In this document: one piece after another, positions 50,966 to 61,847 of the stretch
How the letters are laid out: each line of letters begins with the position of its first letter
Numbering within the stretch: position 1 is the first letter of the stretch
Assembly: GCA_001949185.1 (NCBI GenBank)
Contig: BDGG01000006.1
Location: 726,827-790,826 of the forward strand
Origin: Ramazzottius varieornatus
Taxonomy: Eukaryota; Animalia; Tardigrada
Length of the DNA: 64,000 nt
Direction of reading: 5' to 3'
Notes under the pieces: model-generated
Database searches by the model: none
What the model was told of the DNA's origin: nothing
What the model saw: only the letters and a program-made list of their open reading frames with translations
Made by a program: the position numbers and the translations under genes

Positions 50966-51899
50966 CTGCAGACGATAAGTCGAATGTCTAAATTAGCCAT
51001 ACGAGACTCTGTGGTCGTTCTCTCGTACTTACATGATGGGGAAATATTTTATCTACTGCCGAAAAGAAGAGAGTCTCTTTGAGCCTTTCCGGAATATCGT
51101 CAATATCATCGAAGATTGGATGATAGATGCCGACTGGACGACTTAATCTCCATGCGAGATTGTTGTTTTTTTGGACGTTAACCTTCTGCTTTGGCAACGG
51201 GGGCCACCGTATTCGAGGTTCACAAGTAACCGTTACGACCATATTTCGCAACACGGCTCCTGCAGTGCGGGCAAAGTCGTACAGTCTTTTCCATTTCTTG
51301 TACCGATCTCCGGGATCATTGTTCGTATCGGCATTGTAAGCTTCGCTGTTACGGATGTAATTAAGCGTGATATTCCGTTTGTAAACAATACGAAGCGATC
51401 CGTTTTGCAGATGGGTGCTGATCAAAGTGTCAAGAGGGCCGAAGTTTGAATCATCTGACGAAATAAATGAAGGAAAATGGAGCTCCATCTCTATAATAGA
51501 ACAGAGGGACGACAAGAAGTTAACAATTACGTGATATTTATATCCAGTCCCGAAACCCGAGCGTTCTTAAAGTTCGATTCTGCAAAGGAATGGTCTCAAA
51601 GCCGTATTCTCAGAAAACCTTAGCTATAATTGTAACGCATCATTATCTGCCATACATCGGCTATTCAAAATATATCAAACTGGTTTTTGAAGCCAACGTA
51701 GTCAGCCACCGCAGGCAGAAGCATGCTGCATTTACTTGCTACACGAGGCCGACTTCTCACAAGTCAGAAAGATAAGTGTAGTTCAGGTTACCATGATGCC
51801 TGTCCTGTGGAATCGCACCAGTTCGTGACGATGCAGCTCCGCCTTTTCTTTTTATGATTGTGGGCGCTAATCGTACTGTTGCAAAGGCGTCACTCGAAC

Positions 51900-52637
51900 G
51901 ATAAAAAGCTTCAGGGGCAGAAGTACGCTTTTTACAGTGTCCTTGTTCGGCAGATCAAAAGCACTTCGATTATCTAAAGAGCCGACTGCAATAAGCACGA
52001 AAACAAGCGAACGGGTAACGTCGGCGGTCCCGTTACTCTTCTGCAGAACGATGCGCTCTCGAAAGAAAACGGTTCTTGTCGATTACCCAGTAAGAATACC
52101 TCCCTGAGTGCGATCTACCGATTTGACCGTCGTTAAGATCCACAAATCTAATATCGGCGTTATACTGTAGATTGCTCGTTGCTCTTCACGGGCACATCGT
52201 GGTGTGGTACGACGAAGTGTACAAAACTACGATGTTCGGGAGGAGATTGTGGTCTGATCGAATTGGACTTTGGCTATCTGGAGTGGATGAAAAGGAACGC
52301 AAGTCCGGCTTCGGCCGGAACAGGCCGGTGACATTCTCTTCGCTGTGGACAAGCTCCTGAACGAAGTCGAAGAGTCTCTGCAGCAACAAATGCGAGCGTA
52401 CGGAAAACTGGTAAAGGCTACCGAGGAAACCATCAAACGAGATTGTCGAAAGCCTTCCTGAATTTTCCGAAGCTTCCGACGGAACACTCGTTGCAGCAGC
52501 ATATGCGAGCACACTATGAAACTGTGGAGAAGGCCGCCGAGGAAAAGATCAACCAGCTGGTGGAGAGTCTTCCCGCCAACAGCCGAGCCGACATCAATAA
52601 AAGAGCCTATGAAGCCTCGTTCTCCAAGTCCCAGTAA
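51900..52637 (+). pseudogene. MIF4G-family copy 3: deleted, chimeric relic
   Basis: Remnant of the exon 2 end with its donor (ATTACCCA|GTAAG near 52089) and the start of exon 3 fused directly to a frameshifted C-terminal domain. A second copy of the tail follows: SLQQHMRAHYETVEKAAEEKINQLVESLPANSRADINKRAYEAS. Confidence 0.8.
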
Positions 52638-52675
52638 TAGTGGATGTTGCAGATGCCAGTCAAGCTTTTTCCTCG

Positions 52676-53086
52676 TACGACGAAAAAGTTCTCACTTTTT
52701 TTAGCGCATACAACTTTGCTAGCATACGTCACGAGCAACTTGAAGGCACTTTAGGCTTGTGACGTAGACATCACGTATGCTATGAGAGTGGCAGCCGCCA
52801 GAGGTTTTCCTGTCCCATACACCATGGCACACGAGCTACAGTGGGCAGGTTACGGTCCCACGCGCTCAGTCTGTTAGGTCACGATCAGCTGAGCGGTGAA
52901 CCAAGGTGGTAGTGTGGCAGTACCACTAATCAACCGTACACCACACAATCGGCTGGGATGACGTAGCGATCAGTTAGAATTCAGATGCGACGAAACGCAA
53001 CCTGCTCACTATAGTTCATGTGCCATGGCCAATGGGACAGGAGAACCTCTGGTAGCCGCTAGCAAAGTTAGGACTTCATCCTCGTA
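52676..53086. mobile_element. Second copy of the 47.4-kb mariner-type MITE with a different nested hAT MITE (52799-53051)
   Basis: Shares TACAACTTTGCT..CATACGTCACGAGC..TTAGGCTT(T)GTGACGTAG with 47872-47931 and ends in CCTCG-TA. The insert has TIR CAGAGGTT(T/C)TCCTGTCCCAT and TSD GCAGCCGC / GTAGCCGC. Confidence 0.8.
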
Positions 53087-53704
53087 CCTTACAGATTTTG
53101 TTAGTTGATGCGTGTGATTGCTTTTCTGTTTGCCTTTCCAGAATACCTTGCGCACATACTCCAGAACATTCTTCTGCCGTTACTGGTTCCTTTCTAATTT
53201 CTATCAGGGGTTTCAGTATGACTTGTCCGTTTTCTTCAGGCTGCCACCGTGCGCAGCCACCAGCGATTGTGACCGGCGGAGACAGAACCAGCGCACCCAC
53301 ATATACGGAAACATGCACCTGCGTGTGCACAGAACCATTCCAAAAAAAGTCCCAGTACCTTGCTGCACCTACTTAAGAGATGTCCTAACAACAGCTCTAA
53401 GCTTGCCGAAAACGAACAGGAATGGCGAAAACGCAGTCTGAAAAGTCACGAAGTCGCGAGATGAAAATTCCGCAGATGAATTTTCCGGTTTGCGTGTCGC
53501 GCGAGCTGGGTTACGCGGTTACGGCACAACAGTACGAGATCGACAGTATAGTCATACGATATGCGTTTACGATTGCGAGGTGTATGACGTCATCTGTTTT
53601 AGCCTATCTGGTTCACCCCATATATCGGGTGGAATAAAGATTGCCTCTATTTCCCACCAATTCTTTCTTGGCATTGTATCAATAGTACCGAGTCTAGCCT
53701 CTAA

Positions 53705-54344
53705 CGAGGGAACGGTCAGGACGATCAGACGCCGATCCTCGTTTTGATGCGTTTACTTGATAGGTATGTCTCCCAGCTCACTATAAAGAGCAGGAAGAGA
53801 TGCTATGAACCTCTCCCTGGAGCTGGAGAAAATCCTGAAAGCTTGGAGCCATTGTTTACCCCGTATAGCACCACTAAGTTCTTGGGGTGTTTACTGGTCC
53901 TTGTATCGTGGGTAGCATGGAGTCACCGGCAACAAAAACGAAGTGATTGTACTCCTGAACACTTTTACTGTTTCAGGTAAGTTAAAGAAAGCTTTCGATT
54001 TTCATCGACGTTTTCCTCAGAGACCACCTCAAGAGGAAACATCGATGAAANNNNNNNNNNNNNNNNNNNNNNNNNNNNNNNNNNNAGTGTTCAGGCGTAC
54101 AATCACTTCGTTTTTGTTGCCGGTGACTCCATGCTACCCACGATACAAGGACCAGTAAACACCCCAAGAACTTAGTGGTGCCATACGGGGTAGACAATGG
54201 CTCCACGCTTTCAGGATTTTCTCCAGCTCCAGGGAAGGGTTCGTAGCATCTCTTCGTGCTCCTTGTGGTAACCTAAGAGACATACCTATCAGGTAAAAAC
54301 ATCAAAACGAAGATCGGTGTCTGATTGTCCTGACCGTTCCCTCG
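53705..54344. mobile_element. Long foldback element (~260-bp arms) spanning an assembly gap
   Basis: 53705-53963 is the reverse complement of 54086-54344 with scattered mismatches. Ends are CGAGGG / CCCTCG-TA. N run at 54051-54085. Confidence 0.8.
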
Positions 54345-55742
54345 TAAGATCTGTTCCTGGAGACTTGGAATCGTCACTGCTCGAGCTCAGCAAAAAAACA
54401 GATGTTTCGACGCTCAGATTTTGCAAATTTCTTGACTCAGAATAGAACTATTTTTCTTCTCCAAGTCTGAACCTTCAAAAATCTGCGAAACATGGCGAAC
54501 AGAGCGCCAGACTTAATGCTCTTAAAAGCCCGGTTACAGCTCTGCAAAACGGTTTATAGTTGGAGAAGATGAGGCTGGTGGAAAGGATGATCACACCAGC
54601 AAACGGAAATCGGATTCTCCTGAAGTCGCGGAGACCCTGATCAAGACCTGACACCGCTTATGGATATCTAAGAGGTGGGATACCTATCGACACCACCGTC
54701 GACCGTTTTCAATAAGTCCGGAACAAGGAAAGAATTTAAAGTTATCAACCTCACTAGAGTGGCGCAGTAATCGGAACGGTGTTTTTGAGGGAACTCTCAA
54801 AAATTGTTTTTCAGAATTTGAGCAACCATAAGCTTTCTCGCTGTGATTAAATGACGCAAGGTCTCGGCATTTGGATACCAAGTCATTTTCTTCGGCAGGT
54901 TACGTTCATCCAGGAAAAAACGTAGGAAAAAAGCACAGGTAAAAAGATCTTGCAGCTTTTTCTGGCCCAGTTTCTCTTCGAAGCACGACCGTACGATACT
55001 CGCTTGTGTATGCAAAAGCAAGGAGAGCCTATATATGCTCTAGGATATTTTTGGACTCAAAAAGTGTCTAACGTCGAAGTCAAAAAAGAATTTTGAAAGT
55101 TACCCCCCAAAAACGGGCGAGTCATACTGAAACACCTGATAGACGGCGCTTGTTTCGCTTGTACAGTACGCGACTTGAGCTCGATCGAGCTTTCAGCCCT
55201 TCACACGTGACAAAGATGATCCAACTCCATGCAGCACAACTCGGCATCGGCATGCAGTCACATAACAGGTTAGAGGTGGGATTTGCGCAGACGCGAAACA
55301 ACCAGGTAATTGCGATATGGTTGCGCACAACCGCTCGTTAAGTGTGCGCGTGTTCCTCATTGGCTACTTTTTACTTGTGCGCAGATATAATTCCGCCTGA
55401 CTGCAATTCGGCGTCTTTTCTAGGCGTCTTTTTTTCCGCGGATCGCACCTGTATAACAGGTTCCTGCTTTTGTCAATCTTTCGCCGATTCTCGTCACGTT
55501 TTCCGTGCAATATTGGGGTGTGTTCGGTGCGAAGTTCCATTGTTTTCAACCATGCAGAAGTAGCAGAACAGCGCTTGTGATAAATTATCCATTCGAGCTG
55601 CCTATAACTGCGCCTTCGTCAACTGTTACATCCGCTTTCCTTTATATCTTGTCAACGTTCGTGCGTATATGTTTTGCAGTTGATACCATCTTTTTGTGTA
55701 TTGAAGACATACTGTAAATACTATAAGACATTACTGTACGCT

Positions 55743-57586
55743 ATGGCGGCCAACCAGTTGCAGCAGAGAAGAATATTCCGAAAGACTCCAACCGATAATT
55801 GCTCGAGGCCCGGATCCGAAGAAATCGAGGTAAACAGAAGCATTACGGATTGGAAACGTGTGGAACACTTTGCGAACACGAACGTGTATTTTTTAAGCTA
55901 ACAGTAATACAATGAAACATGGTTGCAGAAACTGAAGTATGACGTTTATGAGCTTCTGGACACTTTGGACGAAGGAACTTACAGAGAGGTGGCTTCGCAG
56001 ATGGTGCGGCTACATATCGCAAAATCCTACGGCCATTTAGAGGCTGCTGTTGGAGCCATCATCGAAACCGCACTTTATTATCCTGATTACACCAAACTCT
56101 ACGCAAGATTCTGTCATATCCTGTCCAGCAAGTCGGTTGAAGTCGATTGCAAGAAACCTACACAGGACGTTCGCGGTGGCCAACCACAGAAACACACATT
56201 CCACGATGCAATGGTGTATCGGACCCAACAGCAATTTGCTTCTGCGCGAACTGAGTATGAGGAACTCACAACGCAAAGCCGACCCGCAGAGCTTTCTGCT
56301 CACCACAAAATGTTGTACGCAGCAAAATAACGCCTTGTAACGTTTCACAGACATTGAATGAAATTCTGCAAAGATACCCAGCGTATCTTGATACTTATCT
56401 AGTAGAACAGATCTGTGTCCGACACTACAGAACATACTGTCTCGCAGATTTATGGCAGACTTGTACACCGCCGGCGTTATGGTCAATTCTGTCATGCTGA
56501 GTAACTTTGCCACCATAATCTACACAAGCGAACAGGTTGCGCTGGAATGTCTCTGTCGTCTGATGTCTGCCTTCATCGAGAAGAACAAATGTTCGGCCTC
56601 GCATCTTAAAGTCAGTACTCCAAAGTCCAAACCTGTTCCCCAGCGTGAACTTTGAATTGCTAACGTACAAAATCTAATGTGAGCTGCTTAGGAGGTGTTT
56701 TGCTCAGTTCATGCCTGGCTTTGATTGTAGTCTGTCGAGTGCTACTTCGAACAACTTCGGCAACATTATCCGACGAAGCTAACGGCTAAATACTACCGTA
56801 CCTATAGTTACATGCGCGGCGGGCTGGACGCTGTGGCTGCTTCGGCGACCACTATGACGGCAGCAGCAACATTGACACCGGCGCTTACCCCTGCAGGCGC
56901 CGATCTACGGCCGAAATCTGTGCTTAAGGGCGAAATCCTCAAAGTTCCGGCCAGTGTATGCAAATCGTCAAATATGCCGACGACACTGGAATCCGATGGT
57001 CCACCCGATACCGCTCCCATAATCGATTTTAGCTCCACAAAAAGTACGAATGTCTTTTAAAGTTTGTCGGCTGCTTATGAAAACCGCTGGAGTTGCTGCC
57101 TACGTTTGGTTTACAGATAAACTAGCCAGTTCTGATGCCGACACGAATGCGGTTCCTGCTAGAAAAAGCTGGGCCATCCCACTGCAAAGCCCCGTCAGCA
57201 AGCCCGATGAACCGGCAATCTTTAACAAGCTGGTCGACGTGTACGAAATGCGTCATCGTAACCATCAACGGCTACAAGAATTGAAGGACAAATTGTTATG
57301 CAAAGACGCTGGGTTGACTGCGCCGGATTTCGGTAGTTTGCCTTGGATAAAAAACCATGCAACGTCCAGCTCGCTGGATAAAGTCGATACCATTCAGACC
57401 ACCGTAATACAACTTGTGGAAGATACAGAAAAGTCGTTACAGCACCACATGCGACAATACTACGAACTAGTCGAGAAAGTAACCGAGGACAAGATTGACG
57501 AACTGGTCGAGAGCCTCCCCGCCAATAGCCGGGCGGATGTTAACCAAAAAGCTTACAACGAAGCTTCGTTGTCCAGACTTTTGTAG
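55743..57586 (+). CDS. MIF4G-family copy 4 (5 exons); the exon 2 donor looks altered
   Basis: EEIE|KLKYDVYELLDTLD...HLEAAVGAIIETALYYPDYTKLYARFC, FMADLY, ALECLCRLM and YFEQLRQ, then the C-domain ending LVESLPANSRADVNQKAYNEAS. TAA at 56328-56330 sits where paralogs have the donor. An upstream GT could preserve the frame. Confidence 0.65.
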
Positions 57587-58120
57587 AATGCCTCTTAATC
57601 GTGATATACAGTACGAGCTCTTCTCGAGTGTGTGCAAGAGAAGTGCGGGACTTTCAGGCAACGATGTGATCAATGTCCATTCCGTTCAAATGTTATCAGT
57701 TCTCTCCTTGGATAAACTGTAGCATGAAAGAAGCGCAAGTCCCTTTAAATCTATGGCACTGAACAGGCGTCTGTCGTATCGTCCGGGTCGCTCTTTGATG
57801 ATATGATACGTGTTTCATCCCTTGATTGTCGGTGAGCTCGTCAGCTGGGTCCCATTTTGACACAGCATTATACACGACACTGGCTGGACACACAGCTTGA
57901 CCAACTTCCACTTTTAGAGGCCGGCAAATTCGCAACCAGAAAGTGAAGAGAAAGGAAATAAATAAAGCCCCAATACCCTGTCGTGCAATTAAAAACTAAA
58001 AGCCGGCTCAGAAGCTGCGATTTCTGGGATGGTTGGTTGACGGAACTATAAATCGTATATGGAACTACCAACGTTGATGCAACTACAGTATCAATTGTGA
58101 CATTCGTTTAGGTGCACTAC

Positions 58121-58254
58121 TACTTTAAATTACCGACCAATTGGGACTTACGTGTCGAGTTTTGTACCGTGGACCATGAAGGGTATTTCATTGTAACGCC
58201 CACGGTACAAAACTTGGCACGTATGGCCCATTAACTGGTCGGTAATTTAAAGTA
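58121..58254. mobile_element. Short TA-flanked palindromic MITE
   Basis: TACTTTAAATTACCGACCA...AGTTTTGTACCGTGG / CCACGGTACAAAACT...TGGTCGGTAATTTAAAGTA. Confidence 0.75.
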
Positions 58255-58698
58255 CGTAGGTTTGCCCTAGTCGTACTATGTACCAGATAGGTATTGTTAA
58301 CGTTGTTCATTAAATGATAAGTTGTTGGTTCCGCAGATAAAGCCAAACAAATAATTCCGACGCAGCGGTCTAGCCTCCACCGTCCCTATTTTGATCAGGG
58401 CTTTGCATGGAACGTTTTACTGGTCTCATGTCCTGTGATCACACTTCTGTTCTTGCTGAAGCGTAAGCACTAAATTACAGTAATTCTTGCGAAGCACCTT
58501 GAGCCACTTGACAAGGAAGCCAAATCAGCAGCTGTACAAAATCTTGCCGTTAACTGCCTATGCTGGAGTATTGCTATGCGTACAGAGACAGAAGGAGAAC
58601 GTAGGGTACGTACAACTGGAATCTAATCCGGCCAGTTTCAGTTTCTTTCAGTCCTGCAATTACTCGCTCATCGGAGAAGTTGAGATAGTTTTCGGAAA

Positions 58699-60486
58699 AT
58701 GAGAGGCCTTTTCGGTTGTGTCCGAGCAGAGCACGAAGTCGACTTTGAGACGGAGGCCGAGGTAAGTGCAGTGGAATGGCGATGTATTGGCCAACGCGTT
58801 ATTGTCTGACGGTACAAGTAGGGTCAAACTAAATCTTCTTATGGCAGGAAATACGCGATGTGGTAGAGAACCTTCTCGCCACAGCCAGCCCGGCAAACGG
58901 CAAACAGCTACTGCATAAACTGATGAAGCTCCCCTTAGCGAAATCCCGCAATCACCTGGAGGTCTTTTCTGACTCAATTATAGAAAGGGCGATGTTCAAC
59001 CCGGATAAGCGGGAGAGCCTTGTAAATCTCTGCCAGTTGGCCATCCGTCAGAACCTTCAGTTCCGCTCCAGCAAGCATGTGGTTGACGACAACGGATATC
59101 CTCTGCAAACCTACAGCTTTCACGAGGTGCTGACTTACCGCCTGCAGCATATTTTTAATGTAGCGAGAATATATTACATGTCTGGTCAAGCTGCTTTGGA
59201 TTGCTTCGAAGATATCGAGCCTGCAGACCTTATTCTTCTCGGAGAAAAGTCTGGTGAACCAAAGGAAAACTATGCAGCCGTCAGCCAGTAAGTGAACAAT
59301 CGAATACTGAATTCTCTTGTCATCAGGCGACCAACTCTGCTGAACTAAAATTGCCCGTATAGGTTTCTGGTCGACCTATATGCTTGCGGAATTTTGTTTG
59401 ATCCAATGATCAGAGCAATCTTCTTTGATCAAGCTACTGGGCCGCTGGTTCCATCCTATGAACTGGATTTACAGTGTCTGCGTAGACTACTGGAAGTGTA
59501 TGTGGAAAAGAACAAAACTTCTAAAGAGAAACTGTCGGTATGATCTTCTCAATGTCTTGTCTGATCGAGTTCTGCCCGTCGCCGTCCCCCGTTCCGCTGG
59601 ACTTCTGGAAGTGCGTACTACGGTGTTGCAATATGTTTTCTCCTCCTAGAAGGTGGCGCCCCACTTTGACAACCTCCGAAAACACCTCCCGTCTAAGCTG
59701 CCTGAAGCCGCCCACTACATCTACGAGTACGATGATATGAAAAAGGCATTGAATATCCTGTCCACTGTTGAAAGAAGCGACTTCATCGAAATGAACCCCG
59801 CCCAGTTTGGATACCTACGAACTATCACTACAGATGCCGACACGACAACCTACGAGTTTGAGGGTACAGCTTCCAGTACTCCAACCAAACTGGTCAGTGT
59901 CCAGTCGACGACTCTGCGAAACTGTGTCAGCTCTCCGAAAAGTACACTTCAAAAACTAGGCTTTGCGCTTTGCAGTCCATTAATTTTATTATTCTGGTCA
60001 ATTTTAGCGCAACACGTACCTCAGCATTCCTTGAAATCAATCCCCAAGAGAAGAGGAAAACGTCGGGCCATTCTTCTGCCATCCCAACTTTCCCAAGAGA
60101 CTCGTAGTAATGGCGATCTTTTCGATCAGCTAGTTTACGCATACACCGTGCGTCGGATAAACGACGGCCATCTTCGTGCCCTGGAAAGCAAAGACCTCAC
60201 GCGAAAATGCCGGCTCTCTCGACCGGACTTTTGTTACTCACAATGGGCCAAAAAGAACGGAAGTGCTGCCTTGGTGAACAAGGTGAACACTCACTTAGCC
60301 ACCGTAACGTCCCTCCTCGAACGCACCGAGAGGTCGCTGCAGCAAAATACGCGGGAATACCATCGAACGGTGGAGAAGATCGTCGAGAAAAGGATCCATG
60401 AGCTGCTCGACAGTCTTCCCGCCAATGTCCGCGCAGATGTCAAGAGGAGAGCGTACGACGCCTCGCTGCCGAATTCATCACGGTGA
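58699..60486 (+). CDS. MIF4G-family copy 5; appears intact
   Basis: ETEAE|EIRDVVENLL...HLEVFSDSIIERAMFNPDKRESLVNLC, SFHEVLTYRLQHIF, Q|FLVDLY, DLQCLRRLL and PHFDNLRK, then the C-domain ending LLDSLPANVRADVKRRAYDAS. Same intron positions as copy 1. Confidence 0.78.
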
Positions 60487-60878
60487 TGTACAGTCTAATC
60501 CAACAGTATACCAGCGCTACAGTCCGTCTCTTACGGATTTATTATTGCTATTTGCCGTAATGTACTATTGTTTTCACAAAGAAGGCACGCAGAGCTTTCT
60601 GGTCCATTATGAACAGTCCGAAGCACGGTACTACCGGAAAAGGTAAAATAGATCAGTCTGATCTCAAAGCAATTTCGAGGTATGTGTTTGGCCTGCAAAC
60701 TTGCAACGTCCTACTTGCCACCACGTGCACAAGGTTTCCACGACCATTCAGGAATCAAGGACATGTGTTTCTACAGTAATGTATCATACTATAGTCGTGG
60801 CAAGATAAGCAGGCATGTGCTGTGCTATTTGTCAGAAATTCTCGCCGTACATTGGACCAATCGGTTGCTTGTTTTCCA

Positions 60879-61847
60879 TCAAGCGTACTCTGTGGCGGTG
60901 ATTTGCAGCTCACGGATGTTAACGTGCGGCGGAGTGCTCAGTACGTAGAGGACAGAATCCGCGACATCCTGGGATTTCAACGTGGCCGCTTGGTTGGCCA
61001 TCGAGAAATTCTTCAGCTGATCCGCCAAATTCTGGTCCGAGTTGGCCATACGAACCGCCATGAACTCGGATTCCACCAGTCCAGGACTGATGCTCTGCAA
61101 AATAAGCGAGTTTTTAGGGGAATTAGCTGACGGACGAACTGACATTACGAGGACTTGATACCGTCACCCGGATATGACTCTTCTGCTGACGTAGTTCCGC
61201 GTTGAGAGCCTTGGTCAAGGCCACCGTCATGTGCTTCGTCGACCCGTAAAAGTGGACAAAGGCCATCGGTACGTCGCGATGGCCCAGCATGCTGTTGATA
61301 TTGATGATATGGCCGTCGTCGATGCCAGCCTCCTTCATCAAGCGCAGAGCCTCGCGGGTGCAGATGGACAGGGCCAGCACATTCAACTAGAAAAAGTCCA
61401 ACTTGATCAACCCTCCTCCGCTTAGTCTTGCGCACTCCAAGCTGAGTACTTGCTGATAGTGTGCGCCACTGGATCCGGTCAGTACGCGGCGACTTGTCTT
61501 ACCTCGAGCATCTGACGCCATTTTTCGCTCTGGCCGGTCAACAAATCATCGGGTAACCCGACGCCTGCATTGTTAATTAAGACGTCAACGTGCTTGAACT
61601 CTTTCTGGATTCTTTCGAACATGGCCAAGATATCCATCTCGTCCGTCAGGTCGCACTTTATGGCCGTAATCTTTCCCTTATCACCACTGGCCGGCTTGAA
61701 GGACTTGGCAAGCTCCTCAATTTTCTCGCTCCTTCGGGCACATCCGATGACGTGCATTCCGTTTCGGGCGAGGGTTTCGGCAATGGCGTATCCGATTCCA
61801 GCAGACGCTCCAGTGACCAAGACCACTCGACCTGCCCAGTGTTCCAT
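60879..61847 (-). CDS. Classical short-chain dehydrogenase/reductase, DHRS11/farnesol dehydrogenase-like, 3 exons
   Basis: TGASAGIG, KCDL, INNAG, GHIININSMLGH, catalytic YGSTK, SISPGLVESEF and DVADSVLYVLSTPPHVNIREL. Confidence 0.92.
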
